A stretch of 59,503 nt of DNA from a virus (taxonomy: Duplodnaviria; Caudoviricetes). The notes beneath the pieces were generated by a model. That model made no database searches, had not been told where the DNA came from, and saw only the letters and a program-made list of their open reading frames with translations. Where the stretch lies: positions 1-59,503 of IMG/VR virus record IMGVR_UViG_3300043715_000001; one strand, written 5' to 3'. The translations under genes and the position numbers were made by a program. Within the stretch, counting starts at the first letter, position 1. Each line of letters begins with the position of its first letter. This document shows, piece by piece, positions 28,960 to 38,242 of this stretch.

Positions 28960-29790
28960 TTAGTTCTTCGCACAGAGGATCACGTTAATATAATTGATGT
29001 CGATGGCTGTGGTGATCCACCCGTGACCGTGAGGTGTGTTCGAACCGCCAGAGCTAACACTGATGCCTGTGGTCGCGTTCCCTGTGTTCTCGTCTGGTGT
29101 CCCAACTTGCCCGGGAGCTATGAAGCTCCCGCCTGCCTGCCCCGCTGCGGCTTTCCCTATGGTGTGAGCGTGGCCTGGGTCAGTGACTGGGAAGCTGCAA
29201 TTCGGCAACTCAGCCTGCGTAAGCGCGTGGGTGTTCACAGTGCCGTTGGCGACCGCCGCCGAGAACGCTTGCCCTGAGGTATGCGAGCCGCCACCGGCAC
29301 CCGTTACGAGACGTAGAGCAGTGTCATTCAGCGATGAGGTCGTAATCTGCGTCCAGCCTGTCGGCGCAGCAGCTTGGTAAAAGACCGTCTTGGTGCCCGA
29401 GGGAAATTGGTAGATCGCCGCCAGTGCCGCCACCAATCCAGTGACTTGACTCTGTGCTATCGAAAATGACGAGTCGCCGTAATCCACCTTGGCCATAAGC
29501 CCTGCGGCTGTGACGCGGCATTCAAACTTGCTGCCGCTTGCGAACGCAATCGCGGTCGTGCCCTCTCGCCCACGGACAACGGTCAGCGTGTCTGACGAGC
29601 GCGCGGTGACTTTGACCAGCTCGATGTTGCCAGAGCCGTCCACAAGGGTGCCGATAAAATAATTTGAGCCACTAAGCGCGGGAAATAAAGCCCCGGTGCC
29701 TACGGCAAGCGTGATCGATGTCGATCCTGATGTAATGCCACCTGCGATTGTAGTCGAGGCATTATTCGAGAATTGGCAAACTCCAGACAT
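28960..29790 (-). CDS. Short tail fibre with collar domain
   Basis: FSNNASTT...EL.KVT.RS.DTLTVVRG.EGT N-domain; FPSGTK..FYQAAAPTGWTQ collar; H-x-H motifs. Confidence 0.8.
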   Translation of the reverse strand: MSGVCQFSNNASTTIAGGITSGSTSITLAVGTGALFPALSGSNYFIGTLVDGSGNIELVKVTARSSDTLTVVRGREGTTAIAFASGSKFECRVTAAGLMAKVDYGDSSFSIAQSQVTGLVAALAAIYQFPSGTKTVFYQAAAPTGWTQITTSSLNDTALRLVTGAGGGSHTSGQAFSAAVANGTVNTHALTQAELPNCSFPVTDPGHAHTIGKAAAGQAGGSFIAPGQVGTPDENTGNATTGISVSSGGSNTPHGHGWITTAIDINYINVILCAKN

Positions 29791-29799
29791 CAGTTCCTC

Positions 29800-30528
29800 C
29801 TATGCCGCGAGAGCAAGCTCTTGCGCCTGCTCCAGGATACGTTTGCCTTTGCGTAAGTTTTCAATCTTTTCGAGGGGCTGCAGGTTACTCCAGTGCACGG
29901 CCTGAAGAAACTGCACGCGGTCGGTCAAATCGAAGGAAGCGAGGGGCTTAACGTGATCAATGTGCCAATACGGACCCCAGTTCTCCCACGTCATATTCTC
30001 GTCGAACTGGCGCTCCAGGTGGAGCTTGAGTTCAGCTATGGAGCAGCCAAGGTCGCGAACAGCAGAGCCTGCTTTGAAATCTCTCTTCATAGCGTGTCTT
30101 AATCTCGATCGAAGCTGCATAGAGAGCCTAAACTGGATATCGGCAAGCCACTTATCCTTTGTCCAACTTGGATTATCCCTTCGCCACCTAGCTATCGACT
30201 CCTTCACTTTCTCAGGATCACTCTGTCTCCGGCAACGCTGGTATTCCTTTTCGCTCTCTGAGTTGGCTTCATAGCAACTACGCCGATGCTCCTTTAGCCG
30301 ATCGGAATTGGCTTTATAGTAACTACGCTGATACTCCTTTACCTTCTCGGGGTGGGCTTTCTTATAGCGGTGCACGCGTGCGTTCACTGACTCCCTTTCC
30401 TTCTCAGGGTTAGCCTCCTTCCGCCGCCGCTCACCTGCTGCCTTTTTTGCAGCCTTACACTGTACCGAGCAAAATTTACGATAAGGCTTCTGCACAGGCT
30501 TGCCACACTCCGAGCATGTGAGCATCAT
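29800..30528 (-). CDS. HNH-type endonuclease (GCS..EL..HLE.QF...MTW.N.G..WHIDH family)
   Basis: LGCSIAELKLHLERQFDENMTWENWGPYWHIDHVKPLASFDL...HWSNLQPL...N..KG. Confidence 0.85.
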   Translation of the reverse strand: MMLTCSECGKPVQKPYRKFCSVQCKAAKKAAGERRRKEANPEKERESVNARVHRYKKAHPEKVKEYQRSYYKANSDRLKEHRRSCYEANSESEKEYQRCRRQSDPEKVKESIARWRRDNPSWTKDKWLADIQFRLSMQLRSRLRHAMKRDFKAGSAVRDLGCSIAELKLHLERQFDENMTWENWGPYWHIDHVKPLASFDLTDRVQFLQAVHWSNLQPLEKIENLRKGKRILEQAQELALAA

Positions 30529-30580
30529 CTTTCCCTCTGGTTAGCGAACATGCTCACACTAACCCAGACCATGCTAACAA

Positions 30581-31489
30581 TCAAATAACCAGTGACGGAC
30601 GGACGCACGTCACCGAGCGCGTCATCCCTTTATTGCGTTCAATCCTCGCTTCGCCGATCGCCTTGCTGAACAACGCCCTATATTTCAAAGCGGTGTCCGG
30701 ATCGTAGAACGACTGCTGAGGAAGCTCCAACAGGCGCGCGCGTGCGCCCCATGCGATGCCCTCGGCCCAACGCTCCCATAGTATGCTGTCGCACGTGGTG
30801 CTGCTTCGCGTCGGCGTTATCGCAGCGATCAGATTGATGGCGCTGGTCTCACTCACCAGCGGCTGCGGCACTACCCGAATAACATCAGGAACCAGCTGTG
30901 TGTAAAAGCAAGGACGCCCTTGCACCGCGCGCCAGTCCCAGCCGTAAATTCGCCTGAGTTCATCCTCACTCTTCGGCTTCATCGGCCAGTTGTCGTACCA
31001 CGAGTCTTGCACCTTCACCAACTCGGTGTCGGCGGGCAAAGTTAGCGTGTAGTCGCTGATACCTGCAACCAAGTCAAAGGTCTGCTCGTTCACATACCAG
31101 AGAGACTTCTTGCAGAACTCAATCGTGGAGTTCCTCACCGCATTGACGGCCACAAGCTCCGGGCACTCCGGAACGTAAGGTAGCACCTCGTTGAGGAAGC
31201 TATCGTACGCCACCAATGGCGTCGAAGAAGGACCGCTAATCGTCCCCGTTCCAATTAGGGCATAGTGAAACGCGAGGTTCGTGTCCGGTGGCGGATAAGC
31301 CAGGGATATGCTCCCCGCGGCCTGCGAGGTGACTCTGAGATACGGCAAAACCCCCCACGCCTGCGGGTCCGAGCCCGCCACAGGCATAGGTATGAACACG
31401 CTCGTAGGCGTGATGTTAGAGTCAGTAACAACCAGCGTCGTAGAGCCGGCTGCTAACGTGAAGCTTCCTTGCGTAAAGACATCGCTCAT
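30581..31489 (-). CDS. Head-tail connector/tail tubular protein with about 90-aa N-terminal extra domain
   Basis: FLNEVLPYVPECPE......VR.STIEFCKKS..W, IAWGARARLL..P; position after adaptor genes. Confidence 0.7.
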   Translation of the reverse strand: MSDVFTQGSFTLAAGSTTLVVTDSNITPTSVFIPMPVAGSDPQAWGVLPYLRVTSQAAGSISLAYPPPDTNLAFHYALIGTGTISGPSSTPLVAYDSFLNEVLPYVPECPELVAVNAVRNSTIEFCKKSLWYVNEQTFDLVAGISDYTLTLPADTELVKVQDSWYDNWPMKPKSEDELRRIYGWDWRAVQGRPCFYTQLVPDVIRVVPQPLVSETSAINLIAAITPTRSSTTCDSILWERWAEGIAWGARARLLELPQQSFYDPDTALKYRALFSKAIGEARIERNKGMTRSVTCVRPSLVI

Positions 31490-32166
31490 GGCTCGCTACC
31501 TTTCAGTGACGGGTCATGCGGCCCCAACGCGATGTTCGGGTTGTTCGCCTGCTCTGCCGAGACCTTGCTGCCCATCACACCGTTGAACAAGTCGAGATAC
31601 TTCTCGGCGTCTGGACTGCGCGCGAAGTCGGCGTTTTTGCTGAGCGCCCTGAACATGGTGTAATGGTTCAACGCTTCCTCGTAAGCGTCCGGCACGAAGA
31701 TGTTTTGGCCCTCCGAAGTGAGCGGCGGCGGCAGCGCGGAGTAGTTGATCTCGATGTAGTTGTTCCCTGTCGACGGGGGGTACACGAAGAACGCCTCCTG
31801 GTCCTGAGGGTCAAACAGATAGTTCTGCACCGGGTCGCTCTGAGTGTCGGCGTGCCACGCGGAGTTGAAAGCGTCTATAAGCTTTCTCGAAGCGAGCCGT
31901 ATCCCACGGCCCGGCGTCGTCCCGTTGGCCCCCATGTTCCGGACGATGTCGAGCAGCATCCAACCATTCGACGGGATGCGCTGCCGCGAACCGGCAACAA
32001 GCTGTACCGCCTCGATAGTGTTCGTCGCATTCGGCTGAAGCACCACCACCATACGCTGACCGACGCTGATCCAATCAAGCAGCTGCGCCCGTGACCACTT
32101 AACGTTGTTGATGTCAAGCAGCTGTGCGGCCACACGGTTGATGATCGTCGTCGCGATGATCGTCAT
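31486..32166 (-). CDS. Head-tail adaptor (DUF6682-like), paralog 2
   Basis: II.RV..QLLD...VKWSRAQLLDWI..GQR, LLDIVRNM, FFVYPP, YTMFRALSK. Confidence 0.7.
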   Translation of the reverse strand: MTIIATTIINRVAAQLLDINNVKWSRAQLLDWISVGQRMVVVLQPNATNTIEAVQLVAGSRQRIPSNGWMLLDIVRNMGANGTTPGRGIRLASRKLIDAFNSAWHADTQSDPVQNYLFDPQDQEAFFVYPPSTGNNYIEINYSALPPPLTSEGQNIFVPDAYEEALNHYTMFRALSKNADFARSPDAEKYLDLFNGVMGSKVSAEQANNPNIALGPHDPSLKGSEP

Positions 32167-32792
32167 TTGAGGCCCCCTGTCCGCGCCTGAACGTAGGCCA
32201 TGAAGGACTGGAAATACATTGTAGCAACCTGCTGCCCGGCTGCAGTGTCAGAGTCTTTCTGGTGCGCACGATACATCACATAGTCAACCAGCGCCGTCTG
32301 AAAGATGTCGAGCACGAAGATGTTCTCAGACGTGGCGACATGGTCGGGCGGAGTTGCGCTGTAGTTCATTAAGACTTGGCCGCTGCCGTTGTTGTACGGG
32401 AACACGTAAAACGCGAGCGGATTGTTCATGTCGTAAGTATAGTGGAGCACCGTCTGGCTAGCGTTGTCGTCGGTATGCCAATCAAGGTACTGCCGGTCCA
32501 GTATCGCCCGATCAATCATGGTGCACGGATCGCCCGCCGATCCATCGGCGTTCATATTCCGAATGACTTCGATGAGCGCGTTCGCACCCGAGGGCAGCGC
32601 CTGAAGCGTGCCAGCGACCATCGCCACCGTGGAGACTATCTGATAGGCCCACGGAACCGCCGCAACGATCGAGCGCTCGCCATCCGACAACCAGTTCAGC
32701 AGTTCGGCGTCCGTCCACCGCGGCTGCGAGAGGTCGGTGTCGATAAGCTGCGTGCGGACACGCGTGAGTATGCTCGTGCAAGCGACGGTCAC
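32163..32792 (-). CDS. Head-tail adaptor (DUF6682-like), paralog 1
   Basis: IL.RV..QLID....RWTDAELLNWL..GER, LIEVIRNM, FYVFP, YVMYRAHQKD. Confidence 0.7.
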   Translation of the reverse strand: MTVACTSILTRVRTQLIDTDLSQPRWTDAELLNWLSDGERSIVAAVPWAYQIVSTVAMVAGTLQALPSGANALIEVIRNMNADGSAGDPCTMIDRAILDRQYLDWHTDDNASQTVLHYTYDMNNPLAFYVFPYNNGSGQVLMNYSATPPDHVATSENIFVLDIFQTALVDYVMYRAHQKDSDTAAGQQVATMYFQSFMAYVQARTGGLK

Positions 32793-32815
32793 GCTACCCT
32801 CCAGTTAGCAAGTCG

Positions 32816-32829
32816 GGGGCCGTAGCCCC
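32816..32829 (-). terminator. Weak hairpin after the major capsid gene
   Basis: GGGGC-TACG-GCCCC on the minus strand (UACG tetraloop), poor U tract. Confidence 0.35.
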
Positions 32830-32835
32830 TAACCG

Positions 32836-33846
32836 TTAGGCGTACTGCGCGAGAACAAGTCCGGTTGCTTTAAGCGTCGTATACCCGTACACGTTGAGGC
32901 CGCGGACGAGCGAGCCGAAGTCGCCGGGGTTCGGTAAGCTCTCGACTTTCGCAATCTGCGAGGCAAATGTAATGGCGCTCTTGTGACCTGCAATCATGCA
33001 CTTACGCGCCACCGCGCTCGCGTTCGTGGTGCCGTCGAAATTGTGGCCACCCGACGCTACAGGAAGCAACGCAGACACGTAGATCGTGAACCGATCTAGA
33101 ACGCCGATCTTACCGTTGCGCAGGACGGACTTATCGTCACCTGTTAGGTAAGCCTGCTGCAGGTTCGAGTTCATGAGCAGGTTGCGCACCGCGGGCGAGA
33201 TAACCAGCCACCTGTCTTCGTCAGGGACGAGGTTCTCGTCCAAGCACGAGGCCATCTGCGTGAGCACGGAGATGATGTTGGACGAGGAGAGCGTGAGCGG
33301 GGAACCCGTGTCTGCCGCCGCCGACGCGCCGGCTCCACCGAGGTTGTAAGAGCTGCTGATCGCCCCGGCAGCAACGCCGCGGTTCGTGGTGTCCGCCGTG
33401 CCAACAGAGTTCTTCCAGAGGTCCGTGTCGATCGCCTTAGCCAACTGCTTGGCCGCGTCGTTCGTGAACATGTCCATCAGCCGCGGCTGGGACTGATACT
33501 CGATCACGTCGTTGACCGCCACGCCGAAATACTTCGCCTTGCTGATCGACAGCGTGGTCGTGCTCGGAACCGGAACCTGATAGGTCAGAGACTGGCCAAT
33601 CGTGTAGTCCGAGATGGTGATATCGGGGATGTTGTTGATAAGGACGGTGTCGCCGATGTTCTTGATGTCACCTTCGTAGTCGGTGTTAGCGACTTCGCCG
33701 AAAACGGTGGTGGCATAGAACTTGACGTTCAATTTGCCCGACCAGATTTCCGGGATAAACGTACCGGAAGCGGCGGGAGAGGTGTTGAATGCACCTGCGG
33801 ATACAAACCCACCGGCTGTACCCGAACTTGCAACTCCAATAGACAT
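32836..33846 (-). CDS. Major capsid protein
   Basis: FIPEIWSGKL...FY..TVF..VANTDYEGDIK..GDTV.I...; FG..VRGL.VYG; follows scaffold. Confidence 0.9.
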   Translation of the reverse strand: MSIGVASSGTAGGFVSAGAFNTSPAASGTFIPEIWSGKLNVKFYATTVFGEVANTDYEGDIKNIGDTVLINNIPDITISDYTIGQSLTYQVPVPSTTTLSISKAKYFGVAVNDVIEYQSQPRLMDMFTNDAAKQLAKAIDTDLWKNSVGTADTTNRGVAAGAISSSYNLGGAGASAAADTGSPLTLSSSNIISVLTQMASCLDENLVPDEDRWLVISPAVRNLLMNSNLQQAYLTGDDKSVLRNGKIGVLDRFTIYVSALLPVASGGHNFDGTTNASAVARKCMIAGHKSAITFASQIAKVESLPNPGDFGSLVRGLNVYGYTTLKATGLVLAQYA

Positions 33847-33896
33847 GGCCTTGTGCCTCGCTTGGTGTGGTTAGCAACCAAGCTTGGCTCGTCAGG

Positions 33897-34874
33897 CTAC
33901 CTCACGCGGCCCTCAGCGACGGCTTGGTCAATCTCTGCTCCAATCCGCGCCATCTCAGCATCCTTGCCGAAGAACTTTCCCTTGCGCACGTCGCGGTAGT
34001 AATCGTCGATCTCGGAGGTTTTCCAGATTTTCGCCGATGTACTTGGGGGAGTGTTCGCCGCCACCCTGGATGTGTCTGGCGCGACCTGACGCTGAAGTTG
34101 CTGTCTTGCCGGTGGAGTGGGCGCTGCTGGAGCCGGAGCCGGAGGAGCCTTAGTAGCTTTGTAGGCGTTGAACAGAGTCGCAGTGTGGGCGGCGTTGAAC
34201 TCGATAAAAGCCTTGTTCAGATATTCCTGGCGCGCGAACCCGCTTAGCGGGTCAATCTCGGCAAGCCAGTTCATGAACCCCTGATCGACGTTAAGCGCTT
34301 CGTAGTCCGGCACCAATCGGCCTAACTCGTTGAAGTATGCTATCCTGTCGCTCGTACCCTGACGGTCTGTGACGCCCTTCAGCCGATCGTTCAGCTTCTG
34401 GTTTTCCGCTTCCAGGTTCCGCATCTTCTCTGTGACCATCGACTCGGCGACTTCATGCGCCTTGCGCCCGATCACATCGATGAGGTCCACACCGAAAGCC
34501 TCAACGTCTTTTTCACTGATCCGCTGCGTCTTCGCCGGGTCCGCGGCCTGTTGCCCTCTGAGGAGACGTTCGATCTCAGCCGTGGCGGTCGCGAGCCTAT
34601 CCTTGACTTCCTTCAGTTCCCCCGTTAAGCGGGGCACCTCGGCATTGTACTTTCCCTGGATAGTCCTGAACCGCTGCGCCCAAGTGTCTTCATCTGCTGA
34701 AGGAGCGATGGGTGTCGCGGGGGTGGGCGTCGGTGCTGGTTGCACCTCGGCAGCTGGCGGAGTGTCTGGAGGTGTAGCTGCTGGTTCGATCGGCGGTTCG
34801 GCAGGCTGTGACAGCTTGGCCTGCAACTCGTCCGCTAGCGCACCTGATGCGGCTATCGCCTTTGGAAACTCCAT
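33897..34874 (-). CDS. Capsid scaffolding protein
   Basis: Pro-rich N-terminus, W.QRFRT.QGKYNAEVPRL, coiled coil, C-terminal EIDQAVAEGRV. Confidence 0.8.
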   Translation of the reverse strand: MEFPKAIAASGALADELQAKLSQPAEPPIEPAATPPDTPPAAEVQPAPTPTPATPIAPSADEDTWAQRFRTIQGKYNAEVPRLTGELKEVKDRLATATAEIERLLRGQQAADPAKTQRISEKDVEAFGVDLIDVIGRKAHEVAESMVTEKMRNLEAENQKLNDRLKGVTDRQGTSDRIAYFNELGRLVPDYEALNVDQGFMNWLAEIDPLSGFARQEYLNKAFIEFNAAHTATLFNAYKATKAPPAPAPAAPTPPARQQLQRQVAPDTSRVAANTPPSTSAKIWKTSEIDDYYRDVRKGKFFGKDAEMARIGAEIDQAVAEGRVR

Positions 34875-34949
34875 TTTTATGCTCCTGCTCCGGCTACGCC
34901 TCGCTCGGGCCTGTCGGTCTCCGGCTGCGCGATTACGGTCTGCTGGTTT

Positions 34950-35186
34950 CTATTTACGCGTCTTCTCGCTCAACTCTTGGGCGTTAGTCACCAACGCGAG
35001 AAACTCCCTAATACATTGCGCCCGACCCTGTAACTGTCGAAGTCTGCAATCTTCCTGCGCTTCGGCCAAAGCTCGATACATAGACGCCAACTCTTCATCG
35101 AAAAACTTAATTAACTCAATCCAACCTGGATGGCCCTTCAAGGTCGTTAGTACCTTGAGTACCGCAGGGGACGGCTTAGTTAGCAT
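34950..35186 (-). CDS. Small conserved head-module protein
   Basis: LRQLQGRAQCIREFL motif; position between portal and scaffold. Confidence 0.6.
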   Translation of the reverse strand: MLTKPSPAVLKVLTTLKGHPGWIELIKFFDEELASMYRALAEAQEDCRLRQLQGRAQCIREFLALVTNAQELSEKTRK

Positions 35187-35823
35187 GTCTATAATCCGCG
35201 TTAGCATGGTTGTCAATAGGAGTTAGCACACGCGACCAAAAAAATCCACGATACGGTGTCTGAGCATCCAGATGTTTGGTTATGGATTTGAAGGTAAACC
35301 CTTCACGCCTAGCCGCCGCCGTAGAGATGTACTGCACTTCCTCTCCGGTGAGCACGTCTACCCGTTTAATAGGGATGCACATCTTGGCAGCGTGTTTATT
35401 AAGTCTACCTCTCTGCGCGGCACCTATCGCAACCTTGTGGTCATCGCTGAGCTTCCTACCTTTGTTAGCCTCACTCACTTTACGCTTCGCGTCCGCAGAG
35501 TGTGGTGTGCCGAGTTTATTTCCGGCAGTCTTACAGATATTGTATCCGTGCTCCGGGTCCGCAGCCATCATCTTGTCCAGCCAGAACTGCTCACGCCTCA
35601 AGCAATCCTCCGGGGCGCACTCCTCCACCACAACAAACTTAAACGCCTTCGACCCGTACTTCTTCCAGGCGCTCTGCAGGTGTTTGGAGTGATGGCACCC
35701 GCGTTTAAGCTTAGTCCTATGCTCAATCCACCTCTTGTTGACGCCGCTCACGCGCGCCGCAGACCCGACATAAGTCTTCCACGTCTGAGTGTTAATTATG
35801 GCGTATATGCCTGTCTGCATCAT
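35176..35823 (-). CDS. GIY-YIG homing endonuclease with NUMOD3-like repeats
   Basis: GIYAIIN...YVGSA..RW..H...REQFWLD..YNI; HS..AKRKVSEANKG. Confidence 0.9.
   Translation of the reverse strand: MMQTGIYAIINTQTWKTYVGSAARVSGVNKRWIEHRTKLKRGCHHSKHLQSAWKKYGSKAFKFVVVEECAPEDCLRREQFWLDKMMAADPEHGYNICKTAGNKLGTPHSADAKRKVSEANKGRKLSDDHKVAIGAAQRGRLNKHAAKMCIPIKRVDVLTGEEVQYISTAAARREGFTFKSITKHLDAQTPYRGFFWSRVLTPIDNHANADYRHAN
35179..35228 (-). promoter_or_regulatory. Promoter-like site with three phased TGCTAAC boxes
   Basis: Minus-strand TTGACA (35211-35216)-N17-TATAGA; GTTAGCA at 35179, 35200, 35222. Confidence 0.55.
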
Positions 35824-37907
35824 TGGGCCTGAGGAGAGAACAAATCTGTGGCTGGCTGCCCAGTCATGAGTGTGTCGCCTCCACCTGAAGGAGGTCCAGC
35901 TAACGAGCCTTGAGCCTGTATTGGACCCTCTGCTGACGCTTGCTGCTGCAGTTGCGCCATCATCATCTTCTCTTTCATTTGGCTCACAGACGGCACAACC
36001 TGATCTACATCCATGTCGAGACCCTTGGCCACCTCGCGCAACACCGCCGCTCTACCTTGAACGCCGATTATTTGAGCATCCAATGGGTTGGCGGTCGCCG
36101 CCAAGAACTGCGTGCGCGCCATCGCAGCCTGCTCCTTGGCAATCAAGGAGTCTGCGCCGCGGGCGATAATCTGCACGTCGCCCTTAAGCTCGTCGTCGTC
36201 GCTGTACTGCATGTTGTGGTCGTAGAGCCGTTCGAGCAACGGCGTCATGATGCCGATGTCGATGTTCGAGACGACTTGCTTGATGGCCTTGCCCGCGTTG
36301 CCCATTAGCATACTAAGGCCCGACGCCGTGCGCCCGGCACTGCCACCGGTCTCGCCTGAGATATATTTCGGGAGCCCTGAATACTCGTCAGCCAGCTGGC
36401 TGAACGCGCTGAACACGGTCATAAGCTCGCCAATGCGCGAGTCTGGCTGGAAGAAGTCGACGGGCGGTTGGTTCGCCCCGGTGATGTCAGAGGTGACTTG
36501 CCAAATGCGCCACGGCTTCAGCTGCGTCACTTCCTCGCCTGCGGCCAGCCGCTCGACGTTGACCACCGTCTGGGGTCCGGACGCGATGGCCATGTTGTTC
36601 ACGATGCCCCGCGCGGCGGCGTTGGCCACAGTCTGAGCATCCCGCACCAAGTCGGCGACGGAGTTGCCCCACCAGTTGCCCGGCACGTCCTCGTAGCTCG
36701 CCTTGTAGTAGGGCTTCCGGAAGAGCGGGTCGTAGTTGAGCACGGCCTTGATGACCCACTGTCCGATCAGCCACGCCTCGATATGGTACTCTTTAGTGGG
36801 GTCGGGGATGTCCTCGTCGGTCAAGCCCCAGTCCAGCAGCATCCTGCCGGACACGTTGCCCCAGAACTGGAGCGCGTCGATAAGCCCGTCGACGTTCTGT
36901 GCTAGCTGCGTGGTGGCCTTGCCTTCGGCGCTTGCCATCGCCACGTCGTTCGTCAACCACTCACGCAGACCACCTCGGCCATACTGGTCGATAACGGTGC
37001 GGATACTGGCGTCACTGTAGCCCTCGACGCCGATCAGCAGATTGAGATCGTCCCGCGACATCCTGTGCTTCTCAATTAGGTAGCCGTCCGCCACCGTCGT
37101 CGCGCTCGGTGCCGGGTAGATGTTGAAGGGAGCCACCCGCTCCCACTCTTCACGGAGAACTTGCTGGACCTGGACCTGCCACTTGCCGCCTACCTTAGCC
37201 CACTGCAGTGTGTTGCGCTTACGGATTACCGGACCCTTAATGATGGCGCACGGAAATGTGGTGATGTCATCTAAGAACGCGTCAAGCGCCTGCAGGAAGC
37301 CACCTTCTAAGAGTTGGTCCTCCATCTTGTTGGCCATGCGATCAGCGCGCTTCCGCGCTTCCTCCTGGACGGCCAGCAACGCGGCGTCATGCGCGTCGGA
37401 AATAGCTTCTTGGAGATCAGCGTCCGACAGGCTCATCCCCGCCTTCGTGAGTTGAGCCAGGGGAGCCGCCACCGCCTGGACGACGCGCTCGGCGAGGTCA
37501 GGCTCAAGAGACGCAACCGGCGTCGGCTTCAAGGTCCACGGGCGCTCGGTGCCGGTGGCCATCATAACGTCGCGCAGCCAGGATGTCGCCGCCCGGCACT
37601 TCACGCTCGTTATGCCTGCGAACACCTCAGAGCCACCCTGCTCGCGAATAAGCGCCAGCTTGTCGGGGTCGTACTCGCCGCGCCGGGCGCGCATGTTCTG
37701 GAGAAGGCGCGGCTCGACAGTCATCTGTTTAGCGTACCGCGCGTCCTGCCAACACTTTCGAATGTGCTGGGCGATACCGGTCGCGATCGGCTGGTTGTTG
37801 ATGGCCTCGGCAGCACGACGCTCCTCCTCGATGACCACCGAGAGAGGCGCAGCCCGCACCACGCCCGTCGAGATCACCCCTTGCGGTATAGTCGGATTGT
37901 CAATCAT
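35820..37907 (-). CDS. Portal protein
   Basis: 695 aa upstream of scaffold and capsid; GRTASGLSMLMGNAGK.IKQVV.NID, R.IVNNMAIASGPQ. Confidence 0.88.
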   Translation of the reverse strand: MIDNPTIPQGVISTGVVRAAPLSVVIEEERRAAEAINNQPIATGIAQHIRKCWQDARYAKQMTVEPRLLQNMRARRGEYDPDKLALIREQGGSEVFAGITSVKCRAATSWLRDVMMATGTERPWTLKPTPVASLEPDLAERVVQAVAAPLAQLTKAGMSLSDADLQEAISDAHDAALLAVQEEARKRADRMANKMEDQLLEGGFLQALDAFLDDITTFPCAIIKGPVIRKRNTLQWAKVGGKWQVQVQQVLREEWERVAPFNIYPAPSATTVADGYLIEKHRMSRDDLNLLIGVEGYSDASIRTVIDQYGRGGLREWLTNDVAMASAEGKATTQLAQNVDGLIDALQFWGNVSGRMLLDWGLTDEDIPDPTKEYHIEAWLIGQWVIKAVLNYDPLFRKPYYKASYEDVPGNWWGNSVADLVRDAQTVANAAARGIVNNMAIASGPQTVVNVERLAAGEEVTQLKPWRIWQVTSDITGANQPPVDFFQPDSRIGELMTVFSAFSQLADEYSGLPKYISGETGGSAGRTASGLSMLMGNAGKAIKQVVSNIDIGIMTPLLERLYDHNMQYSDDDELKGDVQIIARGADSLIAKEQAAMARTQFLAATANPLDAQIIGVQGRAAVLREVAKGLDMDVDQVVPSVSQMKEKMMMAQLQQQASAEGPIQAQGSLAGPPSGGGDTLMTGQPATDLFSPQAQ

Positions 37908-37943
37908 GCTGCCGATCCCTCGTTAGTAAGTCGACAAACCTTG

Positions 37944-38189
37944 TTAGGCTGCTGCCGGTGGCTGCGTTGGCGCTGGCGAGATAGATGCGTCCAGAGACGT
38001 GAGCGAGTCGCTAACGCCCTGGAGCGCCTGAGTGACATTATCGATCGCAGCTTGGTTGGCCGCGTCACTTGCTCCGCCCGCGGCAGCTTTGATGGCAGCC
38101 GGGACATCAGTCTGAAGTTTCGTAACCTCAACTACGCGTGAAGAGATCACGGCCTGGAGTTTGGAGAGATCAAGAGACATTTGTGTCAC
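37944..38189 (-). CDS. Small Ala-rich coiled-coil protein downstream of the endolysin
   Basis: Helical heptad-like sequence; start codon uncertain. Confidence 0.55.
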   Translation of the reverse strand: MTQMSLDLSKLQAVISSRVVEVTKLQTDVPAAIKAAAGGASDAANQAAIDNVTQALQGVSDSLTSLDASISPAPTQPPAAA

Positions 38190-38242
38190 CTGTTGGGTTA
38201 GCTGGTTAAGCTGCGCCTCTATGATGTAAAGACCCGGCGTTC

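Noticed and set aside
35176-35823. Group I intron around the GIY-YIG gene
   Set aside because: Flanking genes look complete and overlap the ORF directly, leaving no room for intron core structure
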